Assembly: GCA_025558095.1 (NCBI GenBank)
Contig: JAIVFI010000007.1
Span: 310,001-374,000 of the forward strand
Direction: 5' to 3'
Length of the DNA stretch: 64,000 nt
Source of the DNA: Hyaloraphidium curvatum SAG 235-1
Lineage: Eukaryota; Fungi; Monoblepharomycota
A model generated the notes under the pieces. That model was given only the letters and a program-made list of their open reading frames with translations, did not search any database and was not told the DNA's origin. Every line of letters starts with the position of its first letter. The first letter of the stretch is position 1. Shown here piece by piece: positions 13,755 through 23,990 of this stretch. The position numbers and the translations under genes are program-made.

Positions 13755-15809
13755 TCACTCCCCGTCCACCTCCTTGCCGGCCCTGGGCTCGAACAGATCC
13801 TTGTTGATGTTGTCCGTGATGACGATGCGGGCAAAGAATCCTTCCAGATCCTTGCCGGCCTCCTCGGCCTTGGCCCGCTTCGCTCCCACGGCGAGCGTCT
13901 CGGGATCCACGTCCACACCCGACGCCGCCAGGAGGGCAAAGAACTGCTTCGCTGCCTTGATCCCGCTAATGGGATAATGCGCCGCGAAAGCGGCCACGTA
14001 TCGCGCCGCGACCAGCGCGTCCCCGTGCGCGCCGGGGACCTCGTCCCCGGCGCTGGCGAACACCGCGGCGGCCAGCGCGCCGATCTTGATCGAGGCCGTG
14101 AAGACGTTCTGGTGCACGCTCCCCAGCTTGGGATCCGCGCGGAGCTGCGCCTCCATCAGGCGCGCCGCGGCGACGCCCCGGTCCAGGACCTTCCCGAGCT
14201 GGGCCGAAAAGAAGAAGCCCGCGGGGATCTGCTTGGGCACCGTTTGGATCCAGCACACGATCGGCATCGAGTGCAGAGTGATCATGGAGCTGACCACGGC
14301 ATGGGCGAAGCGAAGGTCGCCGAGCAGCTCCTGCGCTCGGGCAAAGAGCGGGGTGGGGTCGCCGGCGGAGAGGGCGGGACCAATGTCCTCGGGCATGCCG
14401 AGGTAGCACTCTCCAACCAGATCCACAACGAGATCCGCGTCGGCACGGAGTTTAGCTGCCTCGGGCGAGTCAAGAGCGGGGTCCGCGGAGGCGAGTACGG
14501 CGAGGTCCAAGTTGAGCGCGGCGGCACGTTTGCGGATCTCCACCACCATCGAAGTAAACGTCGTTACGAGATTGACGAGCACCAGGCGGGATGATCGGAA
14601 GCGGAAGATGGATGAGACGAGGGAGCGAACCGTCTGCCGGCACCGTTCGGGGTCGCCCTCCTTTTCGAGCAGGAAGGGCGCGGGATCGAAGAGGTGCCGT
14701 GCAGGGCGGTTCGGCGCCGTCGTGAGCAGCGGAAAGGCGCCGGACAGGGGGATGAGAAAGTAGATGTCGTGGAAAGGCACAGGGCGCGGCCGGTGCCCCA
14801 GCTCGAGGTACTCGAGGTCGGAGCTCTGAGCGAGCTGGTACGCGGCCATTGCCCCGTGCACCTGTCCCGCCACGCGGATCACCATTTCCCAATAGATGAG
14901 GTCCGACGGGGTCCGTGGCTGGACGTCGATGCCTGCGTTACTCCTCTGCGGGTCCACGATGCGCAGAATGGCCTTTGCGGCCGTGTTGAGCACCCTCACG
15001 GCGTCGGAGGCGCGCATGCAGCCGACGTAGAAGCGCGAGAGCAAATTGCATGCCTGCGCGATTTCCAGGTCCGTAAGGCCGTTCTGGGCCGGGGATGCCA
15101 GGAGGAGATCCGCCCGGGCGGCGTAGGCGGCGCCCAGGTTCCAGCGGTCCAGCGGAGTGATGCCCAGGTGATCGGCGGTCATGATGCCGTTGGAGGCCAT
15201 GGCGCACAGAAGGGCAGAGGGACGTGCGGGGCCGTAGACCGCGGCCCCGAGGCCCGGGACGTCGGCGGAATCGACGAAGGCGGCCTCGAACGTTTCGCGG
15301 TGCACGAGGCCGTTGACAAAGTTCACGTTGGTGTAGTAGCTCTCGATGCACGCGAACACCAGCACCGGGTCGCGCAAGAGGTCGGCGGTGTCGTGGGAAT
15401 CGCTCCCCGCCCCCGAATCGGCCGTCGAAGGCGGTGTCTCGGCAAGGATGCGTGCCTGCTCTTCCGCGAGCGGGGAGCCGGGGTTCCAGGCGGGCGATAC
15501 CGGGCTCAAGCCGATTGGGCTGGCCGTGAGCGGCGAAGTGCGGCTCGCCGAGAGTGGCGCGTCGCTGCCGGCGCCGGCCGGGGCGCCAGTCGCCACACTC
15601 GGCGGAGCGGGCCTCGAGGCGCCCTTTGCGGCGCCCGCCGGCCTGCTTTTGGCGGGCCCCGCGCGGAACGGCGCCTGCGGTGTGCACGCGCGTTTGAGCC
15701 GCGCGCACCGGAGGCACGGGCCATCGAGGTCGCCCGGCGCGTACTCGCATCTCTTGTGGCCGTCGCTGCACGTGACGCACGCCGGACGCGCCGCCGGACG
15801 GCCCGACAT
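13755..15809 (-). CDS. Zn(II)2Cys6 fungal transcription factor, intronless
   Basis: ACVTCSDGHKRC...PCLRCARLKRAC binuclear cluster, followed by a middle-homology-like region (YYTNVNFVNGLVHRETF). Confidence 0.85.
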   Translation of the reverse strand: MSGRPAARPACVTCSDGHKRCEYAPGDLDGPCLRCARLKRACTPQAPFRAGPAKSRPAGAAKGASRPAPPSVATGAPAGAGSDAPLSASRTSPLTASPIGLSPVSPAWNPGSPLAEEQARILAETPPSTADSGAGSDSHDTADLLRDPVLVFACIESYYTNVNFVNGLVHRETFEAAFVDSADVPGLGAAVYGPARPSALLCAMASNGIMTADHLGITPLDRWNLGAAYAARADLLLASPAQNGLTDLEIAQACNLLSRFYVGCMRASDAVRVLNTAAKAILRIVDPQRSNAGIDVQPRTPSDLIYWEMVIRVAGQVHGAMAAYQLAQSSDLEYLELGHRPRPVPFHDIYFLIPLSGAFPLLTTAPNRPARHLFDPAPFLLEKEGDPERCRQTVRSLVSSIFRFRSSRLVLVNLVTTFTSMVVEIRKRAAALNLDLAVLASADPALDSPEAAKLRADADLVVDLVGECYLGMPEDIGPALSAGDPTPLFARAQELLGDLRFAHAVVSSMITLHSMPIVCWIQTVPKQIPAGFFFSAQLGKVLDRGVAAARLMEAQLRADPKLGSVHQNVFTASIKIGALAAAVFASAGDEVPGAHGDALVAARYVAAFAAHYPISGIKAAKQFFALLAASGVDVDPETLAVGAKRAKAEEAGKDLEGFFARIVITDNINKDLFEPRAGKEVDGE

Positions 15810-15976
15810 TGTGGAGACGGCGACGACCCGGGGCGGCGAAAATTTGGCTGGGCCTCCGCCCCGTCACCTCCAAACACCCAAACACGCCGCGCTCAGGCGG
15901 ATCAGAACTGGCTCAGGACGCGGAGAAAGCCCAGCCCTTTGCCCGTTGCCCACTCGCTCGGCCTGAACGCGTTTGA

Positions 15977-16735
15977 ATGCTCGCGAACAAGGTCGCGATC
16001 GTCACGGGCGCGACTCGAGGCATCGGAGAGGCCATCGCCCTGGAGTTTGCCCGGCGCGGTGCGAAGCTGCTACTGACGGGCCGGAGCGAGGTACAGGGGG
16101 GCGCGGTACGCGATGCCTGCAGAAGTTTGGGCGCCGAGGCCACCTTCTTGGCGGTGGACGTTGCTTCGGCCGGAGCCGCGGAGCGCATCGTGGACGCGGC
16201 AACGGCGACCTTTGGACGGATCGACGTGCTCGTCAACAACGCAGGGATTCTGTTCCATGGCGACTGTGTGGAGTGCACGGACGACGAGTGGGATCAGACG
16301 TTGGCCGTCAACGTGACGGCCGTCTTCCGCCTGTCGAGGGCCGTGGTTCGCGCGTTGCGGAAGCAGGGAGACGGCGGGTCGATCGTCAACATCGCCTCGG
16401 ACTGGGCCCTCGTCGCAGGCCAGCGTGCCGTTGCCTACGCGGTCTCGAAAGGGGCGATCGCCCAGCTGACGCGCTCGATGGCCATCGACCATGCCAAGGA
16501 GGGCATTCGCGTGAATGCCTGTTGCCCCGGCGACACGGACACTCCCATGCTGGACGCCTCGATGCCGGCCGGCGATCGGGCGGCGGGTGTGGCCGCGCTC
16601 GGTGCCGCGATCCCGCTGGGGAGGGTCGCGAGGCCCGAGGAGGTAGCCAAGGCCGTCGCCTTCCTCGCGTCCGACGACGCGAGCTTCATCACCGGCGTCA
16701 TGTTGCCCGTGGACGGCGGGAACAGCGCGCAATGA
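15977..16735 (+). CDS. Classical short-chain dehydrogenase/reductase, intronless
   Basis: TGATRGIG, DVLVNNAG, IVNIAS, YAVSK, IRVNACCPG, and C-terminal ITGVMLPVDGG. Confidence 0.92.
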   Translation: MLANKVAIVTGATRGIGEAIALEFARRGAKLLLTGRSEVQGGAVRDACRSLGAEATFLAVDVASAGAAERIVDAATATFGRIDVLVNNAGILFHGDCVECTDDEWDQTLAVNVTAVFRLSRAVVRALRKQGDGGSIVNIASDWALVAGQRAVAYAVSKGAIAQLTRSMAIDHAKEGIRVNACCPGDTDTPMLDASMPAGDRAAGVAALGAAIPLGRVARPEEVAKAVAFLASDDASFITGVMLPVDGGNSAQ

Positions 16736-16774
16736 AACGAATTGAAGGCACGATCATCCACTTTCACGCCCTTG

Positions 16775-17782
16775 CTACAATTTCGGTTCGGTCCGGCCCA
16801 AAGGATGCAGTCCACCCGTGCTTGCGTCAATGCGCTTCAGAGGGTGCTCGCCGTTGGCAAAGCCGATAAACGGAGGGTGAATGGAGTAGCCGAGTAGGCT
16901 CTTGAGCTTGTTGGGCATCATCAGCACCTCGGCAAACGGAACCAGCAGGAACTGGTTCTCCTGGGGCCGCAAGTAGGGCTCCAGGTATTGCGCCGTGATG
17001 GCCAGCCGCGGTTTGTCAGAAGTGTTCTTGCCGCCGCCGTGCCAGAGAGTGCTCAGAAAGATCACACCGCTCCCACGCTTCATGACCACGGGAATGATCC
17101 GGTCCTTGGTCGCGTCCGGTATGCGGTCCTGTCCCCAAACGTGTGATCCAGGGACCACGACGGTAGCTCCGTTTGTGGCGGTAAAGTCGTCAATCGCGTA
17201 GATGACAGCGACCGAGAAGGGCTGCCGGGGCCTGGGCACCCGGATGAACGAGTCATCCGTGTGGAGGTTCTGCTGCTCTTCGCCCGGCAGGATCTTGATG
17301 GCCTGGTACGCCGTCAGGAGGTAGTTGGGCTGGAGGACCCGGTCCAGAAGCTCCATCATGATGGGATTGGCAGCCAGGCCGTCGAAAGCGCGGCTCTTGC
17401 CCAGTAGCCCGTAGACGCGCTGCGTCGTGAGCCCTTCAAACGCGTTCCGGCCAAGGGAGTGGCCGTCGAGCAGCGGGGCGAGCCCGGCTTCCAGGCCTCT
17501 GAGCTCGGCCTCCGACAGCATGTCCTCGACGATCACGTAGCCGTCACGGAACAGCGAGGTGAGGCGGGACTTGAGCGGCTCCTTGAGCGCGGCGTCCGCC
17601 TCCAGCTTCCTTATGTGTTCCGCGAACGAGTACTCGCCCGAGCCACTTCCGGGGGCCGAGTGCTGCGGCGTGGTCGAGGGGTCCTTCGATTCGACCGCGC
17701 CGCCGCCAACGAGCGGGCGCCGCATATTCATTGACTTGTGGATATCCGCCGAATCGAACCTATCGTCCCACTTCTTCGACAT
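16775..17782 (-). CDS. PhyH-family Fe(II)/2-oxoglutarate dioxygenase, intronless
   Basis: DGYVIVEDML, QNLHTDD (HxD), NGATVVVPGSH, LWHGGGKN...R; C-terminal PKL resembles a PTS1 signal. Confidence 0.88.
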   Translation of the reverse strand: MSKKWDDRFDSADIHKSMNMRRPLVGGGAVESKDPSTTPQHSAPGSGSGEYSFAEHIRKLEADAALKEPLKSRLTSLFRDGYVIVEDMLSEAELRGLEAGLAPLLDGHSLGRNAFEGLTTQRVYGLLGKSRAFDGLAANPIMMELLDRVLQPNYLLTAYQAIKILPGEEQQNLHTDDSFIRVPRPRQPFSVAVIYAIDDFTATNGATVVVPGSHVWGQDRIPDATKDRIIPVVMKRGSGVIFLSTLWHGGGKNTSDKPRLAITAQYLEPYLRPQENQFLLVPFAEVLMMPNKLKSLLGYSIHPPFIGFANGEHPLKRIDASTGGLHPLGRTEPKL

Positions 17783-19574
17783 CGCGGCAGGGAGACAAGT
17801 TGTCTTCGCGGCTGCAGTCGCACTACACTCCGTGTTCTTAGTGTGGCTAGCGGAGTCTAGCCGCCCGCGCGCCTACAACTGACCTAGGCGAACAGCGCAC
17901 CCGGGAGCTTTAGCCGACCCTCGACGCTGCCGATTTGTTTGCAAGCCTTCCGGAAGCGAGGGCAACATGTGGCGCGTGCGGCGGCCGGCGTGGGATGGCA
18001 TTCCGTTTGTACAAACACCGATTGTTCTCTTGAATTCCGCGTGAAACATGCAGGCATGAATCGGAAACGGCGCGGCCGTGGACCACCTGCGCATCGCCGT
18101 AGACCATTTGGGGTATCCGTGAACCGTTCGCGCAGTCGCAAACCTCCTCGCTGCGGCCGTCTCACATGCAATGCAAGAAGCGTTGTGGAAGTTGGTGGAG
18201 AGACTGCAACACAACTGTGCCCGTGATGTTCCTTGTCGTCGCAGGCACCGTCGGGGAGGCCACCGGGCAGCTGCGGAATAGGCTACGGTCCCTGCGACCC
18301 ACTCTTGCGACAATCGTGACCAAAAGAGTCTAGAATGCGGATGGTATGATGTTTACATCGCATGCTGGAGGTGGTATCCTGAAGCATCTCTTTCTGAGCC
18401 GCTTGCGGATTTTTCCTGCCCGCTTCGGGCATCATCCGGAAGATACGACGCAAGGACCCTGCTTATCTGTACTGACTCTTTGCCATACGTGCTCCAGGCG
18501 TCACAAGGATGCGAATCGAAGGTGCGGCAGTCGGTCGTTGACCTGCTATAGCTTGAAGTTGGCGTCCACAGGTCAGATCGGAACGGGACGACGCGACTCG
18601 GGCCACGGGGGTTGTGAAGACAGTATGACCGAAATTTGGGCTCATGCTAGTTTCTCCAGATGCATTGGCCCGGCCGTACATGAAGAGATCGGAAACCGGC
18701 GACTTCTGATGTTTGATTTTGACTTTGCCGACCGCCTCCACGCACACGCTCACGAAGCACCTCAACCTGCAAACGCATCCCCGTTGAAATGGCACTTAGA
18801 CGGTGCCAAAGGCATCTTGGAAGGCGATGCCGACGGCGCGGCTCCTTTTTGCGCCCGATCACCGCCGATACGACGGCAGAAGCTCCGCGGTACTGTTGAA
18901 CCATGGAACTTCCTTTCCGCGACCTGCCACGGCGGGCATCCTGCAGAAAGGTGCCCAAGCTCCCGGTATGCCGCGATGAAAAACGATTGCAAGAGGATTT
19001 CGGCCGTTCAGGGGCCAATCCTGAGGATCCCGCACCGCATCGGTTGCCTGCTTGACCGTTTCGCCTCGCCGAAACACTTGAAGCAACGGAGGTCCTGTGG
19101 TCGCGGCTATCCTCCTCTCGAGCTCAAAGAACAAAATTGCTTTGCCCGCGGGGATCTGGAGCCGCGCTGGCATCCGCCGGCGCGAGGACAATGCGGCGAA
19201 GGTCTGGCGGGAATCCCCTCACAGCTGGCAGCCGAATCGAAAGAAGAGCGGAATCGAGCGCGCGTTCCTTGGCGTTCAATCTCCCAGCCTCTACGTCTCG
19301 GTGCAGGGAGTTTTCGCGGGGACGCGGGAGTCCGATCCCGCTCGCCGGTCCGAGCGTGGCGGACCCCCGGTCACGGGCTGGTGTACCCCTGGCAACTAGG
19401 GAGAGCAGGGAGGGCAAGACTAGCGGCGGGCGGTTGTGGAGCTGTTGCACGGCACTTTGCGCGCCGTCGCACCGGTTTGGAGCTGTAAGGGCCTGCGCGT
19501 CACATCACCCGCGCTGGGTTTGATTTGTGCTCGGACTACGCAATCATCACCGACGTCACGATACTGCAACAACA

Positions 19575-22500
19575 ATGCCACCGCGGAAGCGAGCGGACGC
19601 CGCCACGCCGGCGGGTGGCAACAGCAGTGCGGCGGCGCCCCGAGCAGCCAGAGGGCGCGGACGCGGCCGGGGACGCGGCGGCGGCGCGGCCGACGACGCC
19701 GCGCAGGGTGCCCCCCAAGCCGCGGCGGAAGCAACTCCCGATGCGGCGGGCATCGGAAATCATCCAGAGATCTCAGCAGGCGCCCGCGGGGGTCGCGGTG
19801 GCTGGGCTGCCCGTCGTGGCGCGACCCGGGGCCGCGTCGCCCAGCAAGGAGCTCCGGCACCGATGCCCGCCATCGCCGCATCGCCTCCTGCACGGCAGAC
19901 CACACGGGGTCGAAGGGGTCGTGGACAGAGTATGCGTTGGTCTGCAAACTCTGGCTTTCCTCTGCTCATTTTGTCCCAGATCTGGCGTCTCGTCGCGGAG
20001 CAGCTCCGGAGGGCGCAAGTCCGTCGGACAGAGCGACGATGCCGGCGAGTAACATGGAGTCGCGTTGCATTGGCACCCCGATCTGATTTCGAGCCGCAGG
20101 ACGGACGGGTTCTGGACGAAGAGATGGGGGAAGCTTTCGACGGACTGAACGGTGGCGACTCGGACCAGGTGCGTTTGAAGTTCTCCTTTCTTTCGCATTT
20201 TCTCACGTTCTTCGTCCGCAGATGATGGATGACGAGCAAGGAGGCTTCGCCGGAGGTCGGTCGAGAAGGAAGAGGGAGCCGAGTGACGACGTGCCTCTGG
20301 TGAAGTGGCCTGCACTGCAAGCCCGCGAATCATCCCTGACATCTGCTTCCTCTGCGCAGCAAACCCCTCCCGGTCGACGGCATGCCCCGGGATTACCTGT
20401 TCCGGCTCATCTCGGGCAACCTCCGACCCGTGGCGCCATCGGGCCCCCGCCCGGCCTTCCAATCCCCCCCCACCTGCAGCCCCAAGGCGCTGCTTCCCCG
20501 CCGCAAGGCCTTGCGCAGCCTGCAGGTCCGCCGCCCGCTGCCCCTGCCGCGCAGCCGCCGCCCGCTGCCCCTGCCGCGCAGCCGCCGCCCGCCGCTCAAC
20601 AGCCTGCAGTTCCGGTGAAGCCGTGCCCGTCGTGCGGTCGCACGGATCACCAGCGGAGCAACAGCTTGTTGTGCCCCAATCACAAGCCGTCGGCGCGTGC
20701 AGCCGGCAAGAAGGAGACGTTGGAGAAGGCCAAGGCCGGGGGCGTTGAGAACGTCAAGACCGTGATGAGCACGATCAAGACCTCCATGGAGTCACTCTGC
20801 GCCGACCTTTCTCTGATCCCCGTCTTCCGTTCCCTTGCCGACGAATTCACCAAGTGTGGCGCGGCCGCGTGCTGGCTGTTGGAGAACGCGGTCACCCTCT
20901 GGCTCGATTGGGACAAGAGGCTTCCCGCGCTCGACCAGACGCTGCTGTTCCGCATCCTGATGCTCGTCGTCACGGGCGAGCTCCGCGTGATCCGCTCGCC
21001 CTCACTGGCGGCCCAGTTGCCCTTCCTCGTGCACTCGATCAGGATCTGGCTCGGCAACCAGCGGGCGGAGGCGTCGATCGTTAAGAACCCGGCCGTCAAG
21101 GAGCTGCTGATTGCGACGGACGAGGAGCACGCAGACGCCTACGAGGACGGCCTCAGGTTCTCGTATCCCGTCTTCTACGCGGCCCCGGTCAACGAGGCCG
21201 AGGATGGAGAGAATCTGCCCTACCGGATGGTCCCTAGCTTCTTTTCGGGAGAGTGCGCGCAGATCTTCAACTCCTCGTACAAACAGTACGAGAACAACAT
21301 CGACCTGTACCTCAAGGGCGCGTGCAACCGCAACTTCAAGACCGCTTTCGAGCAGGACTTTGCGCTACTGCAGTGGCAGACTGTGACGGAGCTTCCGAGG
21401 CTTCCCGCGCCCGCACAGCAGCCGGAGGCCCAGCAGGGGCAGGAGGACCCGGGGAACGCGCAGGGACAGGCCGCGCAGGGACAACCGGCGCAGGCGGAAG
21501 GAGGCGCTCCGGCGGCGGGCGCTGACCTCGACCTGGACGACGATGAAGTGGGGGAAGACGGGCATGGACAACCGGTCGCGCTGCCGAAGACGAGGCTCAC
21601 AGCCCTCCGCGACAGCTGCTACACCGCAGCCCACTCGCGCCGCAAGGAGCTTCGGATCTACTCGTTCGGCGGGAACGAAGGAGCGGGAGATGGAGGCAAT
21701 AGGTTCATCACCGAAGCCCGCATGAACGCCGCCATCCAGGCCAACCAGCCGATCGAGTACCAGTACAAGACGCCAGGAATGCGGCGTGGACGGCGATTCC
21801 TGCTGCCCGTGCCCCTGATCCGAGAGATTCTCCAACTCGTCGCCCTCTACAGGTCCCTCTATGTCGCGAAAGAGGGAGAGTACAAGCTCTGGTTCGAAGA
21901 GATGCTCACGGACATTCTGCCGACCGTCCAAAAGCAGTTCCGGAACGATAGGAAGGGGGAGGTGGAGAAGCTGATGCGCCACATTACGGGGACCTACAAT
22001 CAAGCGCACCAGATCGAGAACTCGGTCCAGATCGGCATCGCGGGCTCTCCTCAACTGCTGACGGTCGCCCGCCTCCGGAACCTCGTCAACGCGAACGGCG
22101 CCTGCATGTGGGAGTTCCGATCGATGGGCGGCATTACGCAGATGGCCTTGGATCCGGCGCGGACGGCTCGGCTCCTAGCATTCATCCTTGATGCTATCCG
22201 GAGGCACATGCAGATCGTCCATAACGGGATGGACGGCGCGCCTGATGACTGGAACCGCCTTCTGCGGTTCATTCGGCGGACGAACGACATGATCGCGGCC
22301 TCTTTTGTGCCTCGGCCGCCGCCCGATCCGCGGCCGGCGAACTGGAACGATCCGGAGCCGCCCACCTCGCCGATCCTCCCCCTGTACTCGACAACCCCCA
22401 AGCACATCGACATTGCTGGCGACCAGTGCATCGGGGAGCTGCTGAAGCGGTGGAAGCGGCTGTTTCCGCAGCGGTACCGCGACTTCGAGGTCACCTTCTT

Positions 22501-23939
22501 CCACGGCAACTTTGTCAACCAGCGAACCTCGCCGCATCTGAGGGAAGCGTGGCCGAGGCTGTTCAAAATCAACGACCTCATTTCTGACGGCGACAAGAGC
22601 AAGTACAAGAACGTGCCTCGATCCTTTGCCTTCTCGATCGCGAGCGACAGCGTGGCCGTCTCGGTAAAGTTCGAGAAGATTGTGCCGAAGGTCGTCTACG
22701 ACGCGAGCCAGGTCCGGGCCGCCGACGGGATGGGCGACGAGGACGAGGACGTCGCGAGACGGGCAAGGGCCGCCGAGGCGAACCGCAAGATGACCGTCGA
22801 CGCGCTCAAGGAAGCCGAGGTGCTCTACCAGCGACGGGACGCGGGCGAGATTGAGGTCCGCGAGATTGGTGCCGATCCCGGCGTTAGCGCCATATTGACC
22901 TGTGCGTCGGAGACGGGCGGTGTCCATTCGGACGGGACTCCCGAGTACAGTTTCTTTTCAATCTCTCCGAAGCGCTGGATGTCGGAGATCGGCGTCACGC
23001 AGCGCAACGCAAACAGGAACTGGCAGGCCAGCCAGGACCTGCCGACGCAGCAGCCGCCGGGCGACCTGACTTCGCTGTACGATCCCGCCGGGCGCTCGAT
23101 GGCAGACATCTACAACGGGATCGGATCGAAGCGGCAGACGGACTACCAGCGCGTGCGCGAGCGGGCCGAGTACCGGCTGGAGCACCTCGACGAGATGGTC
23201 GAGTTCGAGTGGAAGTTTGCCCGGCACAAGCTGGAGAACTACCGCGGGGCGCAGATCGGCGTGATCCGGATGGTGGACGAGCTGCTGGCCATGAAGGTCT
23301 CCGGGACGCCGAAGCTCGCCCTGACGAGGACGCAGCGCAAGAACCGGAAGCGCAAAGAGCAGCGGAAGCGGAAGGAGCGGCGGGAGCGCATGGCCGACGA
23401 GCACGGCCCGGGACCGCCCAAGAAGCCCGTGCACTTCATCATCTCGTTGGGCTCGACCAAGACGGGATCGATGAAGTACATCAAGGGGCACGTGCGAGCT
23501 TCTCTCCGCCGGTTCGTGAACGAATTCGAGAGGAGGGACAACGTGCTCCCGATCTTGGTCAACGAGTTCCGCACTTCCAAGACCCACCACAAGTGCGGGA
23601 CGGTGATGCTCGACACGCGCCGGTGCCTCGACAACCGCAGCCAGCGCAAGCGCCGACGGCAGCCCACCCCCTTCCACCCACCGATGTCGATACCGACGTT
23701 CAAACCGTGGTACGTGTCGGACGCGCTCCTGCTTCTTCCCTTGCCGTATCCTGATCCCTCTTGCTCGTCGCAGGGGTGACAGGTGGTGCTACCACGGGCC
23801 TTGCAACCTGGCGTGCGTGGGTCGAGACCAGAATGCTGCCATCAACATGCTCCGCATCTTCGAGCATGCCATGGCGCGCTGGCTACAGAACCACACCTAC
23901 GACCCAAACGACAGGCCTGCTGGCCTCGAGCGCCCGTGA
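19575..23939 (+). CDS. Fanzor1-type (TnpB/Cas12-like) RNA-guided RuvC endonuclease; about 1217 aa from ATG 20222 or about 1415 aa from ATG 19575
   Basis: Zn knuckle CPSCGRTDHQRSNSLLCPNH; FAFSIASDSVAVSVKF strand; RuvC-I IGADPG (D codon 22874); RuvC-II VNEFRTSKTHHKC (E codon 23564); after the GT-AG intron 23710-23773, CYHGPC...GRDQNAAINM (D codon 23826) and RPAGLERP-stop. An in-frame intron at 20169-20221 joins an RG-rich 5' exon whose structure is uncertain. Confidence 0.9.
20528..20592 (+). repeat. 27-bp tandem repeat (about 2.4 copies) encoding PPPAAPAAQ in the Fanzor N-terminus
   Basis: CCGCCGCCCGCTGCCCCTGCCGCGCAG occurs twice exactly, plus a partial third copy. Confidence 0.85.
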
Positions 23940-23990
23940 CCCTCGAGCACCACCACCCGCCGACCTTTCGGTCCCCTTCCACACCTTAAA

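Noticed and set aside
18329-18347. TCTAGAATGCGGATGGTAT loosely resembling 24107-24123 as a terminal direct repeat
   Set aside because: Short and gapped similarity with no supporting boundary signal; compatible with chance.
18346-19488. 380-aa ORF as the element's transposase
   Set aside because: No DDE, HUH or serine/tyrosine recombinase motifs, and atypical composition; kept only as unexplained DNA.
19930-19979. Possible extra intron in the Fanzor 5' exon
   Set aside because: It looks like an intron (GTATGC...CAG), but at 50 nt it shifts the frame and I found no compensating junction; left unresolved pending cDNA.
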